From Tortispora ganteri (Eukaryota): 64,000 bases of DNA. Location of the stretch: assembly GCA_003707115.1 (NCBI GenBank), contig PPNB01000003.1:1-64000 (forward strand), in the 5' to 3' direction. Below the pieces are notes generated by a model. That model did no database searches, was not told the origin of the DNA, and worked only from the letters and a program-made list of their open reading frames with translations. This document shows, one piece after another, positions 50,722-63,091 of the stretch (positions are counted from its first letter, which is position 1; each line of letters starts with the position of its first letter). The translations under genes were made by a program, and so were the position numbers.

Positions 50722-51507
50722 TATAGCAAAACTTTCGAGCTGAGCTATAAATGAGAGAGAATCACTAAATTGTTAGACAGGTAAAAGGAGTATAAGAAAG
50801 GTTCACTGAAGGGGAAAGTTGTTACTAAAAAGCAATTAGAACTAAGTTTTTTTTGAGCCAAATTGAGCGTATATTGGGTTTCTGGTTGGGGGTTGGGGTG
50901 GCAGAATTAAGGGAGGATGGGACATGGTAGCTAGAGTAAATAGTGATTTCATTAAACTTTAAACGTGTTTAAGTTTGTAAGTAACTAAATAACAACCAAT
51001 AGTATATTTAGTAGTCTTTTTGTTTTAGCGGGGCAGCATAGGCTGATCGTCGTCTTTTCGCAGGCCGTAGTTTCCATTGTAATTAAGCCACCACAGGCTC
51101 AACTTCCTTGATATGATGCACATAGCATTTTTTAAACTTACTGATTTTCTATTAGTAACTTTTACACTTGTTATTGTCTTGATTAGCTATTCTCTTACGA
51201 CAACTAAACATTGTTCAGTCCGTTAATCTCCCGAGCCTTTGTGCCTAATATGGAAATTGAGCTGTCCCAATATAGGACTTGTTCCAAATTTAAAAATTAT
51301 TATTGGCTTATGGAACTAGGGTTATTTCACTTCAGACTCCCAACGCGTAATCCCTTGTATATGGGTTCCCAACAAAAAAAGGCCACATAATCAGCTCAAC
51401 AAGTCACTTAAGGAAAAAACCTTATTCTCGCTTGCTAAACTTGCCTTTTTTTTCTCCAACAAATTGACCACGGCTTCGATTGTTTCACTCGCTGCCTTCT
51501 ATATACA

Positions 51508-54500
51508 ATGCGCGCTGAAACACAACAAGAACTAGCACGCGAATTGCTCTTAGAGCTCCTCGCCTACCAGTTCGCTTATCCGGTGCGCTGGATCGAAACA
51601 CAGGATCACCTCTTTGAGACTTTCAAGGTCGAACGTCTTGTTGAGATTGGTCCCTCTCCTACGCTATCTGGTATGGCTACCAGGACATTAAAGGCTAAGT
51701 ACGAAGGCTTTGACGCCGCTCTCAGTCTTGAACGTCAGGTCCTTTCATACGCGGCCAATGCCAATGAGATCTACTACATTGCCGATCCACCTGCTGCCGC
51801 TCCTGCTGCTGATGCTGCCGCTCCTGCTGCTCCTGCTGCTCCTGCCGTCGCCACTCCTGCCGTCTCTACTCCTGTGGCCGCAGCTCCTGCCCCTGCTGGA
51901 CCTGTTGCCGGCGTCGAAGACGCTCCAGTCTCTGCCCTTGAGATCCTTCATGCCTTGATTGCTAACAAACTAAAGAAATCATTGGATCAGGTGTCCACAT
52001 CCAAAGCTATCAAGGATATGGTGGGCGGTAAGTCTACGTTACAGAACGAAATTCTCGGTGACCTCGGTAAAGAATTTGGTTCAACCCCCGAGAAGCCTGA
52101 AGACACACCTTTAATCGAGCTAGCCGCTCAGTTCCAGAACACATTCGACGGCAACCTTGGAAAGCAATCATCTTCCATTATTGCGCGATTTATGTCTGCT
52201 ACTATGCCCGGAGGCTTCAGTATGACTAATGCTAATAAATACCTCCAAGACCGTTGGGGACTTGGTTCTGGCCGTAGAAACGGTGTTTTCTTAGTCGCTA
52301 TCACTATGGCCCCTGCTTCCCGTTTCAGCTCAGAATCTGATGCCAAAGCCTTCTTTGATTCTGTTGTCCAGAAGTATGCTGGCATTCAGGGAATTAATTT
52401 ATCTACGGCTTCTGCAGCTGCTGGTGCTGGTAGTGCTGCTGGTGCAGGTGCTGCCGCTATGATTGACCCTGCAGCTCTAGAAGAGGTCACTAAAGGTCAA
52501 ACTGATCTTGTCAAACAACAATTGGAACTGTTTGCAAACTATCTTAAGAAGGACTTGCGCGAAGGCGATAAGAAATTTGCCCTCAGCCAGGAAGCTAATG
52601 AAGTCATCCAGAAACAACTCGACCTTTGGAATGCAGAGCATGGTGACTTCTACGCCTCGGGTATCAATCCTGTGTTTTCGCCACTAAAGGCTCGAACTTA
52701 TGACTCGTCATGGAATTGGTCTCGTCAACAAGTCCTTCTTATGTATTTCGACATCATTTTTGGCAAATTGTCTAGTGTTGACCGTGACATTGTCTCGCAG
52801 TGTATCTCAATAATGAATCGATCCAGTCCTATCCTAATAGAATTCATGCAATATCATATTGATCATTGTCCTGAAGACCGTTCTGAAGCTTATGCCCTAG
52901 TTAAGAGATTAGGTCAAGAATTGCTTAACAACTGCAAGGAATCCCTCTCCGCTGACCCGGTCTACAAAAACGTTGCTCATCCAACCGGGCCGCAAACTAC
53001 TATCGATGCAAAGGGTAACATCACTTATGAAGAAGTCCCTCGTCCTTCCGTACGTAAACTTGAACAATACGTTAAGGAAATGGCTACTGGTGGCCCCGTA
53101 TCTAAGATGGATAATCAGCAGGCTATTCGCGATGAGCTTCAAAGAGTGTACGCTGTCTTAAAGGATAAACTTCATTCTGTTACTTCTATTGATCCTAAGG
53201 ATCTTTATGCTGAGCTTATTGGAAACGCATCTGCTCAAGGTGATCCTATTAATAAGTTCAAGGAAACTATTCCTTTCTTGCATTTGAAACGCAAATCAGG
53301 GGAAACATGGAATTACTCTAAGGAGCTTTCTTCTTTGTACCTCTCTGAACTTGAGAAAGCTGCAATCAACGGTATTACTTTTGCTGGTAAGAATGTGTTA
53401 CTCACTGGCGCAGGTGCCGGCTCAATTGGTGCTGAAATTCTTATTGGTTTGATTTCTGGAGGCGCATCAGTGATTGTAACTACCTCTCGCTTCTCACGCG
53501 AAGTGACAGAATATTACCAGTCACTTTACGCTAGATACGGAGCCAAGGGAAGCACTTTAATTGTTGTTCCATTCAATCAAGGTTCTAAGCAAGATGTCGA
53601 AAGCCTTGTTAACTACATTTATGACCATGAGAATGGTCTTGGATGGGACCTCGACGCTGTTATTCCTTTTGCTGCCATTCCTGAGAATGGTCGTGAAATT
53701 GACGGAATTGATTCCAGATCTGAGCTCGCTCACCGCATCATGCTTACCAATCTTCTTCGTCTTTTAGGTGCGATTAAGGCACAAAAAGCTGAGCATGGTT
53801 ATGACACTAGACCAGCACAAGTCATTCTTCCGATGTCACCTAATCACGGCATATTTGGTTCAGATGGTCTTTACTCTGAAAGTAAGCTTTCCTTGGAAAC
53901 TCTGTTCAACAGATGGTACGCTGAATCTTGGAAATCTTACCTCACTATATGCGGTGCCGTTATTGGTTGGACTCGTGGCACTGGTCTTATGTCACAGAAC
54001 AACATCATTTCCGAAGGCTTAGAAAAGTTGGGTGCCCGCACATTCTCTACTCAGGAAATGTCTTTCAATATCCTTGGTCTTATGTGCCCTGCTATTGCTG
54101 ACATTTGCCAAAGCGAACCCGTTTTTGCTGACCTTAACGGTGGCTTCCAGTTTATCGAAAATCAAAAGGAAATCATGTTTAAGCTGCGTGCTCAGATTAT
54201 GGAAACTAGTGAAGTCCGTAAGGCTGTCTCTACTGACAATTCACTGGAGTTTAGAGTTGTGAACGGACCTGCACAAGAGCGATTACACAATAAGACATTG
54301 GTGCAGCCGCGTGCCAACCTGAAATTTGAATTCCCCAACCTTAAGCCCTATGAAAAGTTGTCTGATCTCCCCGACTTGACCAATTCGCTAGATCTTGAGC
54401 GCGTTGTAGTTGTTACTGGTTTCTCTGAAGTTAGTCCTTACGGTAACTCTCGCACACGCTGGGAAATGGAAGCTGAAGGTAAATTCTCATTGGAAGGCTG

Positions 54501-57006
54501 CATTGAAATGGCATGGATTATGGGTCTGATTAAGCACTTTAACGGTACTCTCAAGAACGGAAAGCGCTACTCTGGATGGGTTGATGCTAAGACCAATGAC
54601 CCTGTTGAGGATCTGGATGTTAAATCAAAATACGAGAAGTACATTCTTGATCACACAGGAATCCGATTTATTGATCCTGAATTGTTCGATGGATATGATC
54701 CCAAACGCAAAATGTTCCTACAGGAGATTGTTGTCGAAAGAGACTTGGAGCCTTTTGAAGCTTCTAAGGAGACTGCATTTGAATTTAAACGTCAAAATGG
54801 CGATAAGGTTGAAATATTTGCTGATCCTGACTCTGAACAGTACACTGTAAGACTTCTTAAAGGATCTGTTATTTATGTGCCCAAGGCCTTTCAATTTGAT
54901 CGTCTCGTCGCTGGTCAAATACCTTCAGGATGGGATGCTCGCAAATACGGTATTGATGAAGATATCTGCAACCAAGTTGATCGTGTTACTCTGTTCACCC
55001 TTGTTTCTGTTGCAGAGGCGCTTATTGCTTCAGGTATCACCGATCCTTATGAGTTTTACAAGTACGTTCATGTTACTGAAGTCGGTAACTGCTTTGGTTC
55101 AGGTGTGGGAGGTATGACTGCTTTCAAAAAATTGTTCAAAGACAGATTTCTCGAAAAACCTGTTCAGGCTGATATCTTGCAAGAATCATTTGTTAACACT
55201 ATGGCTGCCTGGGTCAACATGTTGCTTTTGTCTTCATCTGGCCCTATCCGTACTCCTTCTGGAGCTTGTGCTACTGCTGTTGAATCTTTGGAGAATGGAT
55301 ATGAATGTATTGTCACTGGCAAAGCGAAGATTTGTATAGTTGGTGGTGTTGACGATTTCCAAGAAGAGGCTTCTTTTGAATTTGCCAACATGAAAGCTAC
55401 TAGCAATGCTGTGGAAGATTTGGCCCATGGTCGTACCCCTGCAGAGATGTCTCGCCCTGCTACTACTACTCGTTCTGGATTCATGGAAGCACATGGCTCT
55501 GGTGCTCAAATCCTTATGAGTGGAGCCCTTGCCTTGCGCATGGGTGTTCCTATTTACGGTATCATTGGAATGACTTCTACTGTTTCCGACAAGGCTAGCC
55601 GCTCTGTTCCTGCTCCTGGTAAAGGTGTAATGACCTCTGCTCGTGAACATCACCTTACGTCTAAGTTCAAATCACCTCTACTTGACTTGGAGTACCGTCG
55701 TCGCCAAATCAACGAACGCATTAAGCAGGTTGCTCATTGGACTGAATCTGAGATTGTATACACCGAAAGCGAAGTTTCTGCTCTTGGAGATGAAGTTTCT
55801 GCTGAAGAGAAAGCTGCGTATCTTAAAGACCGAATGGACTACATTCATCAAGAAGCTGAGAGACAAATCAAGGACATTAAATTCTCATTTGGAAACAATT
55901 TCTGGAATAAAGATCCTTCTATTGCTCCTCTGCGTGGTGCACTTGCTTCTTGGAACTTGTCTGTTGATGATCTCAAAGTCGCTTCTTTCCATGGAACTTC
56001 CACCAAGGCCAATGAGAAGAATGAGACTTCTACTATGAACCAAATGATGGAGCATCTTGGACGCACTAAAGGTAACGCCATGCTTTCTGTCTTCCAGAAG
56101 TACCTTACTGGTCATCCCAAAGGTGCTGCTGCAGCCTGGATGTTGAATGGTGTTCTTCAAATTTTGAACACCGGATTTGTTCCTGGTAACCGCAATGCGG
56201 ACAACATTGATTCCTTGTTTGTTTCACATGAGCATTTACTCTTCCCTAGTGTTGGTATGCAAACTGATGGAATTAAGGCTGCTACTCTTACTTCGTTTGG
56301 TTTTGGCCAGAAGGGTGGTCAAGCTCTAATTATTCACCCAGACTACTTGTTCCGCTGCATTAGCAAGGATGAGTACGACGACTATAAAACCCGCGTTGCT
56401 GCTCGTTACAAGACTACTTATCGGTACTTCCATGATGGACTTACTAGTGGCACTTTGTTCAAGGCTAAGGACAAACCACCATACACAGCTGAGCAAGAAT
56501 CGTCTGTTTACCTTGAACCATTAAGTCGAGTTACTGCGAATAAAGAGTCTTACTCATTCAATACTCCTTCTGTAATTGCAGAAAAAACTCGCGATCACAA
56601 TGAGCCTGTTTTAGCTAAACTGGCATCAGATGTCAGCTCAAAAGAGAACATTGGGGTTGATGTTGAATTAGTTGATGCTATAAACGTTACTAACGAGACA
56701 TTTTTGACTCGCAATTTTACTGATGCAGAAATCTCATACTGCCAATCTGCGCCGAATCCACAAGCCTCTTTTGCCGGAACCTGGGCAGCTAAGGAAGCTG
56801 TTTTCAAGAGCCTGAAAGTAGAGTCAAAGGGTGCTGGAGCTCCATTAAAAGACATTGAAATTGTGAGAACTTCTAAGGGAGTTCCTACTGTTGTTTTGCA
56901 TGGGGATGCGCAAGCTGTTGCATCTTCTAAGGGACTGAAATCTGTTGATGTTAGTATCAGTCATGACGATTTCCAGGCTGCTGCAGTCGCTTCTGCTTCT
57001 ACATAG
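51508..57006 (+). CDS. FAS2: Fatty acid synthase alpha subunit (ACP-KR-KS-PPT)
   Basis: 1832 aa; [17 protein letters not shown] (ACP Ser), TGAGAGSIG and YSESK (KR), GACATA/HGTST/GHPKG (KS), GVDVE...WAAKEA (PPT). Confidence 0.98.
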   Translation: MRAETQQELARELLLELLAYQFAYPVRWIETQDHLFETFKVERLVEIGPSPTLSGMATRTLKAKYEGFDAALSLERQVLSYAANANEIYYIADPPAAAPAADAAAPAAPAAPAVATPAVSTPVAAAPAPAGPVAGVEDAPVSALEILHALIANKLKKSLDQVSTSKAIKDMVGGKSTLQNEILGDLGKEFGSTPEKPEDTPLIELAAQFQNTFDGNLGKQSSSIIARFMSATMPGGFSMTNANKYLQDRWGLGSGRRNGVFLVAITMAPASRFSSESDAKAFFDSVVQKYAGIQGINLSTASAAAGAGSAAGAGAAAMIDPAALEEVTKGQTDLVKQQLELFANYLKKDLREGDKKFALSQEANEVIQKQLDLWNAEHGDFYASGINPVFSPLKARTYDSSWNWSRQQVLLMYFDIIFGKLSSVDRDIVSQCISIMNRSSPILIEFMQYHIDHCPEDRSEAYALVKRLGQELLNNCKESLSADPVYKNVAHPTGPQTTIDAKGNITYEEVPRPSVRKLEQYVKEMATGGPVSKMDNQQAIRDELQRVYAVLKDKLHSVTSIDPKDLYAELIGNASAQGDPINKFKETIPFLHLKRKSGETWNYSKELSSLYLSELEKAAINGITFAGKNVLLTGAGAGSIGAEILIGLISGGASVIVTTSRFSREVTEYYQSLYARYGAKGSTLIVVPFNQGSKQDVESLVNYIYDHENGLGWDLDAVIPFAAIPENGREIDGIDSRSELAHRIMLTNLLRLLGAIKAQKAEHGYDTRPAQVILPMSPNHGIFGSDGLYSESKLSLETLFNRWYAESWKSYLTICGAVIGWTRGTGLMSQNNIISEGLEKLGARTFSTQEMSFNILGLMCPAIADICQSEPVFADLNGGFQFIENQKEIMFKLRAQIMETSEVRKAVSTDNSLEFRVVNGPAQERLHNKTLVQPRANLKFEFPNLKPYEKLSDLPDLTNSLDLERVVVVTGFSEVSPYGNSRTRWEMEAEGKFSLEGCIEMAWIMGLIKHFNGTLKNGKRYSGWVDAKTNDPVEDLDVKSKYEKYILDHTGIRFIDPELFDGYDPKRKMFLQEIVVERDLEPFEASKETAFEFKRQNGDKVEIFADPDSEQYTVRLLKGSVIYVPKAFQFDRLVAGQIPSGWDARKYGIDEDICNQVDRVTLFTLVSVAEALIASGITDPYEFYKYVHVTEVGNCFGSGVGGMTAFKKLFKDRFLEKPVQADILQESFVNTMAAWVNMLLLSSSGPIRTPSGACATAVESLENGYECIVTGKAKICIVGGVDDFQEEASFEFANMKATSNAVEDLAHGRTPAEMSRPATTTRSGFMEAHGSGAQILMSGALALRMGVPIYGIIGMTSTVSDKASRSVPAPGKGVMTSAREHHLTSKFKSPLLDLEYRRRQINERIKQVAHWTESEIVYTESEVSALGDEVSAEEKAAYLKDRMDYIHQEAERQIKDIKFSFGNNFWNKDPSIAPLRGALASWNLSVDDLKVASFHGTSTKANEKNETSTMNQMMEHLGRTKGNAMLSVFQKYLTGHPKGAAAAWMLNGVLQILNTGFVPGNRNADNIDSLFVSHEHLLFPSVGMQTDGIKAATLTSFGFGQKGGQALIIHPDYLFRCISKDEYDDYKTRVAARYKTTYRYFHDGLTSGTLFKAKDKPPYTAEQESSVYLEPLSRVTANKESYSFNTPSVIAEKTRDHNEPVLAKLASDVSSKENIGVDVELVDAINVTNETFLTRNFTDAEISYCQSAPNPQASFAGTWAAKEAVFKSLKVESKGAGAPLKDIEIVRTSKGVPTVVLHGDAQAVASSKGLKSVDVSISHDDFQAAAVASAST

Positions 57007-57065
57007 AGATTTATTAGTAAGATTTATATTAATTTAGAATATATATGTATGTATATTTAAGCCGA

Positions 57066-60044
57066 CTAAGAGTTTGATTTATCGGAAGTTATGTTCACGG
57101 GAATGAACCGTTTTGGAAGGTTTACTCTTGAAAACTTGTTGTAAACCTTTTCTAGAATTGTATCCATATCCAAATAACTTGTAAGAGCTCTTCTAGGGAT
57201 ACATGAGATAGTATGCTTAGAATCAAGCTGAAGGTCAAGTGGGTCTGAAGAATGGCATCCGGGAGACAGACTGATTCTCACTGCATATTTCTTCTCCTTA
57301 CCTTCATTTAGAGTGCTTTCGTAGAGCTCGAAGCAAATTTGGGTCAAGTAATCAAGTTCCGGTAAAGCATTCCTAGCAGTTTTAGTAGGAACGTGAGACT
57401 CGAAGATAATATTCAGTAGTGTGTATATATGAGACTCTTTTGTAAAATATGCAACACACTCTCCTTCTTCAGCGTTAACTAGACGATTAAGATCGTCAAT
57501 TATTCGTCTCATAAGCGGCATACTAGTGAGTAGGCCAATATCTAATTTCTCGTTGTCCTCGATTCCATACTCTTGTGGACAGATAAAGTCGAATAACACT
57601 TTCACTAATCTGTATAGCTCTCTGAGACGAGCGAGCCTAGGATCATTAAACAGAATTGATGTATTGTTAGATGAGGAAGGAGTTGACCTTTGAATGGAAT
57701 GTGACGCAGAAGAAAAACCAGTGGAACTTGTATTGCCAGCATTATGCGAGTTATTAGATAATGAAACAGAAGATGACGAAACGGAAGAAACTGTATTGAC
57801 TGTAGGTATATTAAGACTAAATTCACTAGAATCAGTCTCAAATACAATAGATGGATCAGGCATAAAAATATTTTCCAAGAAAGCTCTATTATGCAAAGCA
57901 TCAAACTTCATAGTATCATACAACTCGCTAATTTTGGCCGGATCGGATTTTTCAACGGTAGAGAATTCGTCGAATAGTTTATCCCATCGTTCTCTGAACA
58001 ATATAGGATCTTCAGCACAGCACCATCTTTGTTGAAAACTGTTGACATCTGTAGTTTCATAGCTTTTCTCCATTACCTTCTTATGGAAATTCATTAAATC
58101 GACCACACGTTGCATTACAACACTTGGTTCAGGCATTTCCTCGGGCCACGTAAAGTTTGGAGGTGGTTCTACTCCTTTCCTAAGTAGTGGCTTGAGTTTC
58201 TTCTTGACTTTATCCATAAGATCCTTGGCAGCATTGCTGTCATCCAGAAGATCTTTGCGCACTTGTAGAAACCCAGGCGGAAGAGATTCAACTTCCATAA
58301 AGGCTGCACCCCATATCTCTGCAGAGGTAATAACACGTCGTTCGGAGCTTGTGAAAATACTGACTTTATCTAGAACAGAACGGTTCAAAAGAAAAACATC
58401 TTTTCTAGTTTGGTCACCAAGATCCTGAGCCTGATAACGTGCAGAGTGAGTGGGTTCGCCACCCCATTTCAAGTTAAGTTGAATCTTTTCAACTACGCCT
58501 TCAGTACTGATGACCGGTTTAATTTGCACTTTAGTTCCAGCCAAATCTAGTTTTTTCTCTAGAGTGTAAGCCAATAATCTAAGCTTGTTTGGATCCTCTG
58601 CCTTCATTTCAAGTGCCTTCCGTGTAGTCTCAAGCACTTTTCTCAAATGATAAGGCTCGCGCATGATTACCTCCTCTTTATGGCCCATAAGTAAGTCGAT
58701 AAAGATAGGGCTCTTAAAGGAGAACTTGATCTTTTGTTTAGGTGTGCGGTCAGCATGGCGAATGACACTGATAAGTCCCTTGAGTGTCCATCTATGGCCT
58801 TTGGCGTCTTTCTTGGAAGGTGAAGACATTAGTTTAGGAATCTTTCTGCTCTTTATCATGTAGTCAACAAACATTTCTCTCAATATTCGTGAGCAAGATT
58901 CATAATAATAATCGTTATCTTTAACAAATGAAAAACCGTTTACGTCTATAACGTATGACTTTCCTCTGACGCGCAGCAAATCAAACCCGCAAATAGTTTG
59001 TTTAAATGCGCTTGACACATTGCGGGCCATTATAAACTCTTCATCTGTAAGTTTAGTGACAAACCTGACTTCTTTGCCAAAAGTATTTCGTTTGACTACA
59101 CCGTCAACGACGGGAGATTTTCTAGTTTCAGCATGGCAAAAGTTAGGTCCCACAGTGTAAGCTTTAACATCTTCTGCATTGTCAGTGTCCATGAACTCTT
59201 CGTATATGTAGCTGCCACCAGCGCGGACGCGGGAAAGAGTGGGGTCAAACTCAGACGACTTGTTACCCACTTTCCTAAATAGTCTGCGACCTCCACCTCC
59301 AGCAGACTGGGGGTAGTATATGTATATATTGTGATCTTCGCCATCGACGGGTTTTTCGACGAATGGCTTTTTGAGAATCTGACCTTCAACTTGGAGGGTA
59401 TCTTCATCGGGCATGCTCCATGTGGGTTCTGAGACGTAATTGAGGTGAATTCCTCTTTCGCTAAGAACTGTCTTTAATGCACCTTCAGCGCGAGGACCGC
59501 CATCTCTTGAAATTTCAAGTCGTTTGGGCGTAGGAACCTTGACAGAATCAAGTACGTAAAGCACGAGTCTCCGGTCCCAGAGGATTTTCTGGGAAACTAG
59601 GTCATTGATGAGGAATGGTTTGCGAAGTTCGACATATGCAATAGCTTTGTCTAATGGGAAGCCATTAGAAAAAAAGCAGATAAAGAAATCACATGTAGGC
59701 CAATTCTCTATATCCTCGTCAAGAATAACTTTGTCACCAAATATAACAGTATCGAACTCGCCGCCGGAGACAAGACGGCTCAGAATGTGTCTGCATGGCT
59801 TGCTTCTAGCCTTGCTGTCCATTGCACAGACTCCAATAGTGCCTACTTTTGGTAGGGTCATTCTGCTACTGCTTGATTCGCCAGAGTTCGTCCTGGAGAG
59901 GCTAAGCGGGGACGCAGTGTTGAGGCTTGCGAGAGATGGCCTGTTAGCTAAAGGGCTGATAAGAGGGCTACCCTCGCGAGTAGAGCCTTTTGACGACTGA
60001 GTAGCGTCTTCGGTAGCATCTACAGATTTCTGATCAGTGTTCAT
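57066..60044 (-). CDS. VIP1: Inositol pyrophosphate synthase Vip1/Asp1 (PPIP5K)
   Basis: IGVCAMDSKARSKP, EKPVDGEDHN and IDVNGFSFVK (ATP-grasp kinase); RHADRTPKQK and TKESH (histidine phosphatase-like domain). Confidence 0.96.
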   Translation of the reverse strand: MNTDQKSVDATEDATQSSKGSTREGSPLISPLANRPSLASLNTASPLSLSRTNSGESSSSRMTLPKVGTIGVCAMDSKARSKPCRHILSRLVSGGEFDTVIFGDKVILDEDIENWPTCDFFICFFSNGFPLDKAIAYVELRKPFLINDLVSQKILWDRRLVLYVLDSVKVPTPKRLEISRDGGPRAEGALKTVLSERGIHLNYVSEPTWSMPDEDTLQVEGQILKKPFVEKPVDGEDHNIYIYYPQSAGGGGRRLFRKVGNKSSEFDPTLSRVRAGGSYIYEEFMDTDNAEDVKAYTVGPNFCHAETRKSPVVDGVVKRNTFGKEVRFVTKLTDEEFIMARNVSSAFKQTICGFDLLRVRGKSYVIDVNGFSFVKDNDYYYESCSRILREMFVDYMIKSRKIPKLMSSPSKKDAKGHRWTLKGLISVIRHADRTPKQKIKFSFKSPIFIDLLMGHKEEVIMREPYHLRKVLETTRKALEMKAEDPNKLRLLAYTLEKKLDLAGTKVQIKPVISTEGVVEKIQLNLKWGGEPTHSARYQAQDLGDQTRKDVFLLNRSVLDKVSIFTSSERRVITSAEIWGAAFMEVESLPPGFLQVRKDLLDDSNAAKDLMDKVKKKLKPLLRKGVEPPPNFTWPEEMPEPSVVMQRVVDLMNFHKKVMEKSYETTDVNSFQQRWCCAEDPILFRERWDKLFDEFSTVEKSDPAKISELYDTMKFDALHNRAFLENIFMPDPSIVFETDSSEFSLNIPTVNTVSSVSSSSVSLSNNSHNAGNTSSTGFSSASHSIQRSTPSSSNNTSILFNDPRLARLRELYRLVKVLFDFICPQEYGIEDNEKLDIGLLTSMPLMRRIIDDLNRLVNAEEGECVAYFTKESHIYTLLNIIFESHVPTKTARNALPELDYLTQICFELYESTLNEGKEKKYAVRISLSPGCHSSDPLDLQLDSKHTISCIPRRALTSYLDMDTILEKVYNKFSRVNLPKRFIPVNITSDKSNS

Positions 60045-60304
60045 TGTTTTGAGGTATCAAATGTATATAATTTATAAGTATGTATAAATATGTATAAGTA
60101 TATAAATATGTATAGGTAGTATGTATAGGTTGTAGATATAGTATGAGGTAATGAACGGGCGAAATATTAAAACAGGGTAACTTTCCCAAAACAGTAAAGC
60201 GGCTTAATTTTTTTTCTTAGACCAAGTCCCAAATTTTTATCGTTTTTCGAGACCGCGAAAAGAACCAAAAACAGCCGAGATCAATAGATACTCGGATTAT
60301 AATA

Positions 60305-63091
60305 ATGACAGACGTGGCTAGTGAGTTAAAAAGACGAAGATACTCGCTTGTTTCATCGAAAGGTGCTCCAAAAGAACCAACACCATCTAAGATATACCGA
60401 CCATTTTTGACTGTAGGTCATGTGACAGACCAGACGCCATTCTCTACGTCTGCGCTAGGAAAGCAATTCATTATTACTACAAGCGTTGGACGAAATTTTG
60501 TTATTTATGATGCATCAACATTGCGTGTATTATTTGTTTCTGAGCAGACGCCACATCAGATCACTGCATTGTGGCAACACCGACAGTATACCTACGTAGT
60601 ATGGAGTTACGGGTTTGGTGCCTATTTCCGTGGCCGCCAACTTTTCAATCAACAAGTTGATAAAATAGCCTCTAACGAAGGTTCACTACTACACATTGAG
60701 GTATTTGCTGGATATATATGCATTGCGACAAGACTTAACGTGTACGTATACCAATACAACGAGTCATCGCCGGATATACCGCCCTCATTTTTAACGCATC
60801 TGTATTTGCCGGACGCAGATGATTATATCACGAGCATTTTACATTTACCGACATACCTAAACAAGATTGTTGTTGCCACGCAGAACAAGTTACTATTGTT
60901 CAATATTCGTACGAATAGACTATTGTTCACTTCTGATCAATTTGCGACTGCTGCAATAACTGCGACTGCTGCCGCACCAGCTTTGGACACAATGGCCTTT
61001 GGACAAGCTAATGGCGACATTGTAATATATAATCTGCGCAAAAATCGCGTTTACATGACATTTCACGCAGCAGCGCCTGTGAGTTCACTGTCATTCCGCA
61101 CTGACGGTAACGCGCTGCTCGCAGCTGGTCTTACAACAGGTGATATATTTTTCTACAATCTCAACACGCAGTCTATTGTGCATAGATTACGCGACTGTCA
61201 TGACAAGAATAACAGTGGTGTTTCTCGCGTTCATTTCTTTGAAGGCCAGGCTATTTTTGCCACCTCAGGCGCAGACAACCGTCTCAAGGAATACGTTTTT
61301 GATCCAGTGGTCGAGGCCTCTGAAACTCCCGTCTACGAGCCACCACGGATCCTTCGTGAACGCGGCGGGCCGGGCCTGCCTATTTCCGCGATTGAATTCT
61401 CAGACTCACAAGGCCACAAGGTTCTCTCAGCCTCGCAAGATGGTACTTTCTGGTCACTTTCGCTTAGAAAGGCGTCGCAGAATCGCGAGATATCACAGCG
61501 AGCGCCTAAGGTATCCAAAAATAGAACAGCAGGTCTTACAAATGACCTGAAACCGAAACTGCCGGAAATAATCGCCATTGCACACGCGTCTACTCGCGAA
61601 GATGAATGGGAAAACGTACTCACTGCGCATAAAAACTCGAAAACTGCACACACATGGAGCACATCGAGCTCGCGTATTGGACGATGGGAATTCACCACTT
61701 TAGATAGCCGTCCTGTTTCTGCTGTTGCGATCAGTCCATGTGGTAATTTTGGCATAGTTGGTAGTTCTGGTGGGCCTATATCTGTGTTCAATATGCAAAG
61801 CGGTATTCTGCGTAAAAAGTACATCAAGAGCACGTCTACTGTTACAGGTCTGTGCGTAGACGCTTTGAATCGCGTGCTGGTGAGCTGCCATTTAGATGGT
61901 ACCGTGAACATATATGATTTTATGAAAGGCACGCTGACCGGCTCGCTTAAACTGTCATCAGCCACTACGGGACTAAAATTGCAGTTATCTTCTGAGCTGC
62001 TTATCATTTCGCTAGACCTAGCTCTGGTCGTAGTCGATATCACGACGATGAAGGTTATACGTCAGCTTGACGGACACACTAACCGTATTACGTCATTTGA
62101 TATCTCTCCTAATTCTCGGTGGATTGTTAGTGCAGCGCTTGATGGCACTATCAGGACGTGGGATATCCCTACGGGCTTCTGTATTGATGCGTTCAGGGTT
62201 CCTAGCGTCGCACGAGCCGTCAGACTCAGTGGAGACGGCCAATGGCTTGTCACTGCACATGTAGGCAACACAGGACTTAGCATGTGGTCTAACAAGGCTT
62301 TCTTCCAGCAGGTTCCTATCAGAGAAGTATCCGAGGACGATATACTGCTCATCGAAATGCCCGTGGAAACGGGCACTGGTGGGGGTCTTCTCGATGGCGC
62401 ATTTGGTGCGGTTTTTGACGAAGATGACGCGAAATCGAACGGTGTTCAACTTTATTTGTCACCAGAACAGCTCGACAGGGAACTTATATCGTTCACGTCG
62501 CTTCCACGAAGCTTTATACGCACTCTTAACCATATAGACACGATCAAAAAGAGGAACAAAGCGAAAGAGGCCATTAAAGAGCCGGCGAAAATGCCGTTCT
62601 TTTTAATGAATAGCGGAAACAGTGAGAGTATCGAAACTGAGCAAATTGAAAGCAAAAATAGCAATGATGTTGTTGTTTCTAGACTACAGAAGATGGATAT
62701 CAGTGCATCTAATGCATTTATGGACTCAGCTGAGAAAAGTATAACAGGAGGTGAAGGAGAGACATTTTTCCGGTATTGCAAGAGCTTGTCGCCATCGATG
62801 ATTGATTTAGAGATTCAAGCGATGAATGGTAATGAGCCATTTGACGACTTTTCGAGATTACTGCAAGTGTTAAACTTGAGACTGAACGAAAGGAAGGATT
62901 TTGATATTGTTCAGACTATTTTAAGAGTTTTTATGCGGACGCATGGAGATACAATAGTTTTAGCAGAAAACGAGGCTCTGTTGAAACAAATAAAAGAAAT
63001 TGAAACGAAATTAACCGAGGAAGGTAATCGTTTAACGTCACTAATAGAATTTTCTAATGGTTTGTCTTCATTTTTCCGTTCGACTATCTAA
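60305..63091 (+). CDS. UTP21: SSU processome WD40 protein Utp21
   Basis: SKIYRPFLTVGHV, HLPTYLNK, REDEWENVLTAH, FNMQSG, GHTNRIT, IKKRNKAKE..K..AKMPFFL and LSPSMIDLEI. Confidence 0.95.
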   Translation: MTDVASELKRRRYSLVSSKGAPKEPTPSKIYRPFLTVGHVTDQTPFSTSALGKQFIITTSVGRNFVIYDASTLRVLFVSEQTPHQITALWQHRQYTYVVWSYGFGAYFRGRQLFNQQVDKIASNEGSLLHIEVFAGYICIATRLNVYVYQYNESSPDIPPSFLTHLYLPDADDYITSILHLPTYLNKIVVATQNKLLLFNIRTNRLLFTSDQFATAAITATAAAPALDTMAFGQANGDIVIYNLRKNRVYMTFHAAAPVSSLSFRTDGNALLAAGLTTGDIFFYNLNTQSIVHRLRDCHDKNNSGVSRVHFFEGQAIFATSGADNRLKEYVFDPVVEASETPVYEPPRILRERGGPGLPISAIEFSDSQGHKVLSASQDGTFWSLSLRKASQNREISQRAPKVSKNRTAGLTNDLKPKLPEIIAIAHASTREDEWENVLTAHKNSKTAHTWSTSSSRIGRWEFTTLDSRPVSAVAISPCGNFGIVGSSGGPISVFNMQSGILRKKYIKSTSTVTGLCVDALNRVLVSCHLDGTVNIYDFMKGTLTGSLKLSSATTGLKLQLSSELLIISLDLALVVVDITTMKVIRQLDGHTNRITSFDISPNSRWIVSAALDGTIRTWDIPTGFCIDAFRVPSVARAVRLSGDGQWLVTAHVGNTGLSMWSNKAFFQQVPIREVSEDDILLIEMPVETGTGGGLLDGAFGAVFDEDDAKSNGVQLYLSPEQLDRELISFTSLPRSFIRTLNHIDTIKKRNKAKEAIKEPAKMPFFLMNSGNSESIETEQIESKNSNDVVVSRLQKMDISASNAFMDSAEKSITGGEGETFFRYCKSLSPSMIDLEIQAMNGNEPFDDFSRLLQVLNLRLNERKDFDIVQTILRVFMRTHGDTIVLAENEALLKQIKEIETKLTEEGNRLTSLIEFSNGLSSFFRSTI

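Noticed and set aside
50765..50830. Possible FAS1 5'-UTR intron 3' end (TCTAAC-AATTTAG on the minus strand)
   Set aside because: No consensus donor at the typical 43-65 nt distance; the nearest GTAAGT I found is about 375 nt away at 51141. Unsupported without RNA data.
43702..60044. FAS pair as the core of a secondary-metabolite cluster
   Set aside because: The flanking genes (BER1, VIP1, UTP21, OPTs) are housekeeping or nutritional; no PKS, P450, acyltransferase or cluster regulator is present.
60061..60145. TATGTATA-like degenerate repeats upstream of VIP1
   Set aside because: Low-complexity simple sequence with no spacer structure; not a CRISPR array or mobile-element end.
61333..62781. 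Long antisense ORFs within UTP21 (similar ones lie inside FAS1, FAS2, NTE1, GEF1 and PAT1)
   Set aside because: Expected antisense shadows of codon-biased genes; no recognisable domains, and several begin at non-ATG codons.
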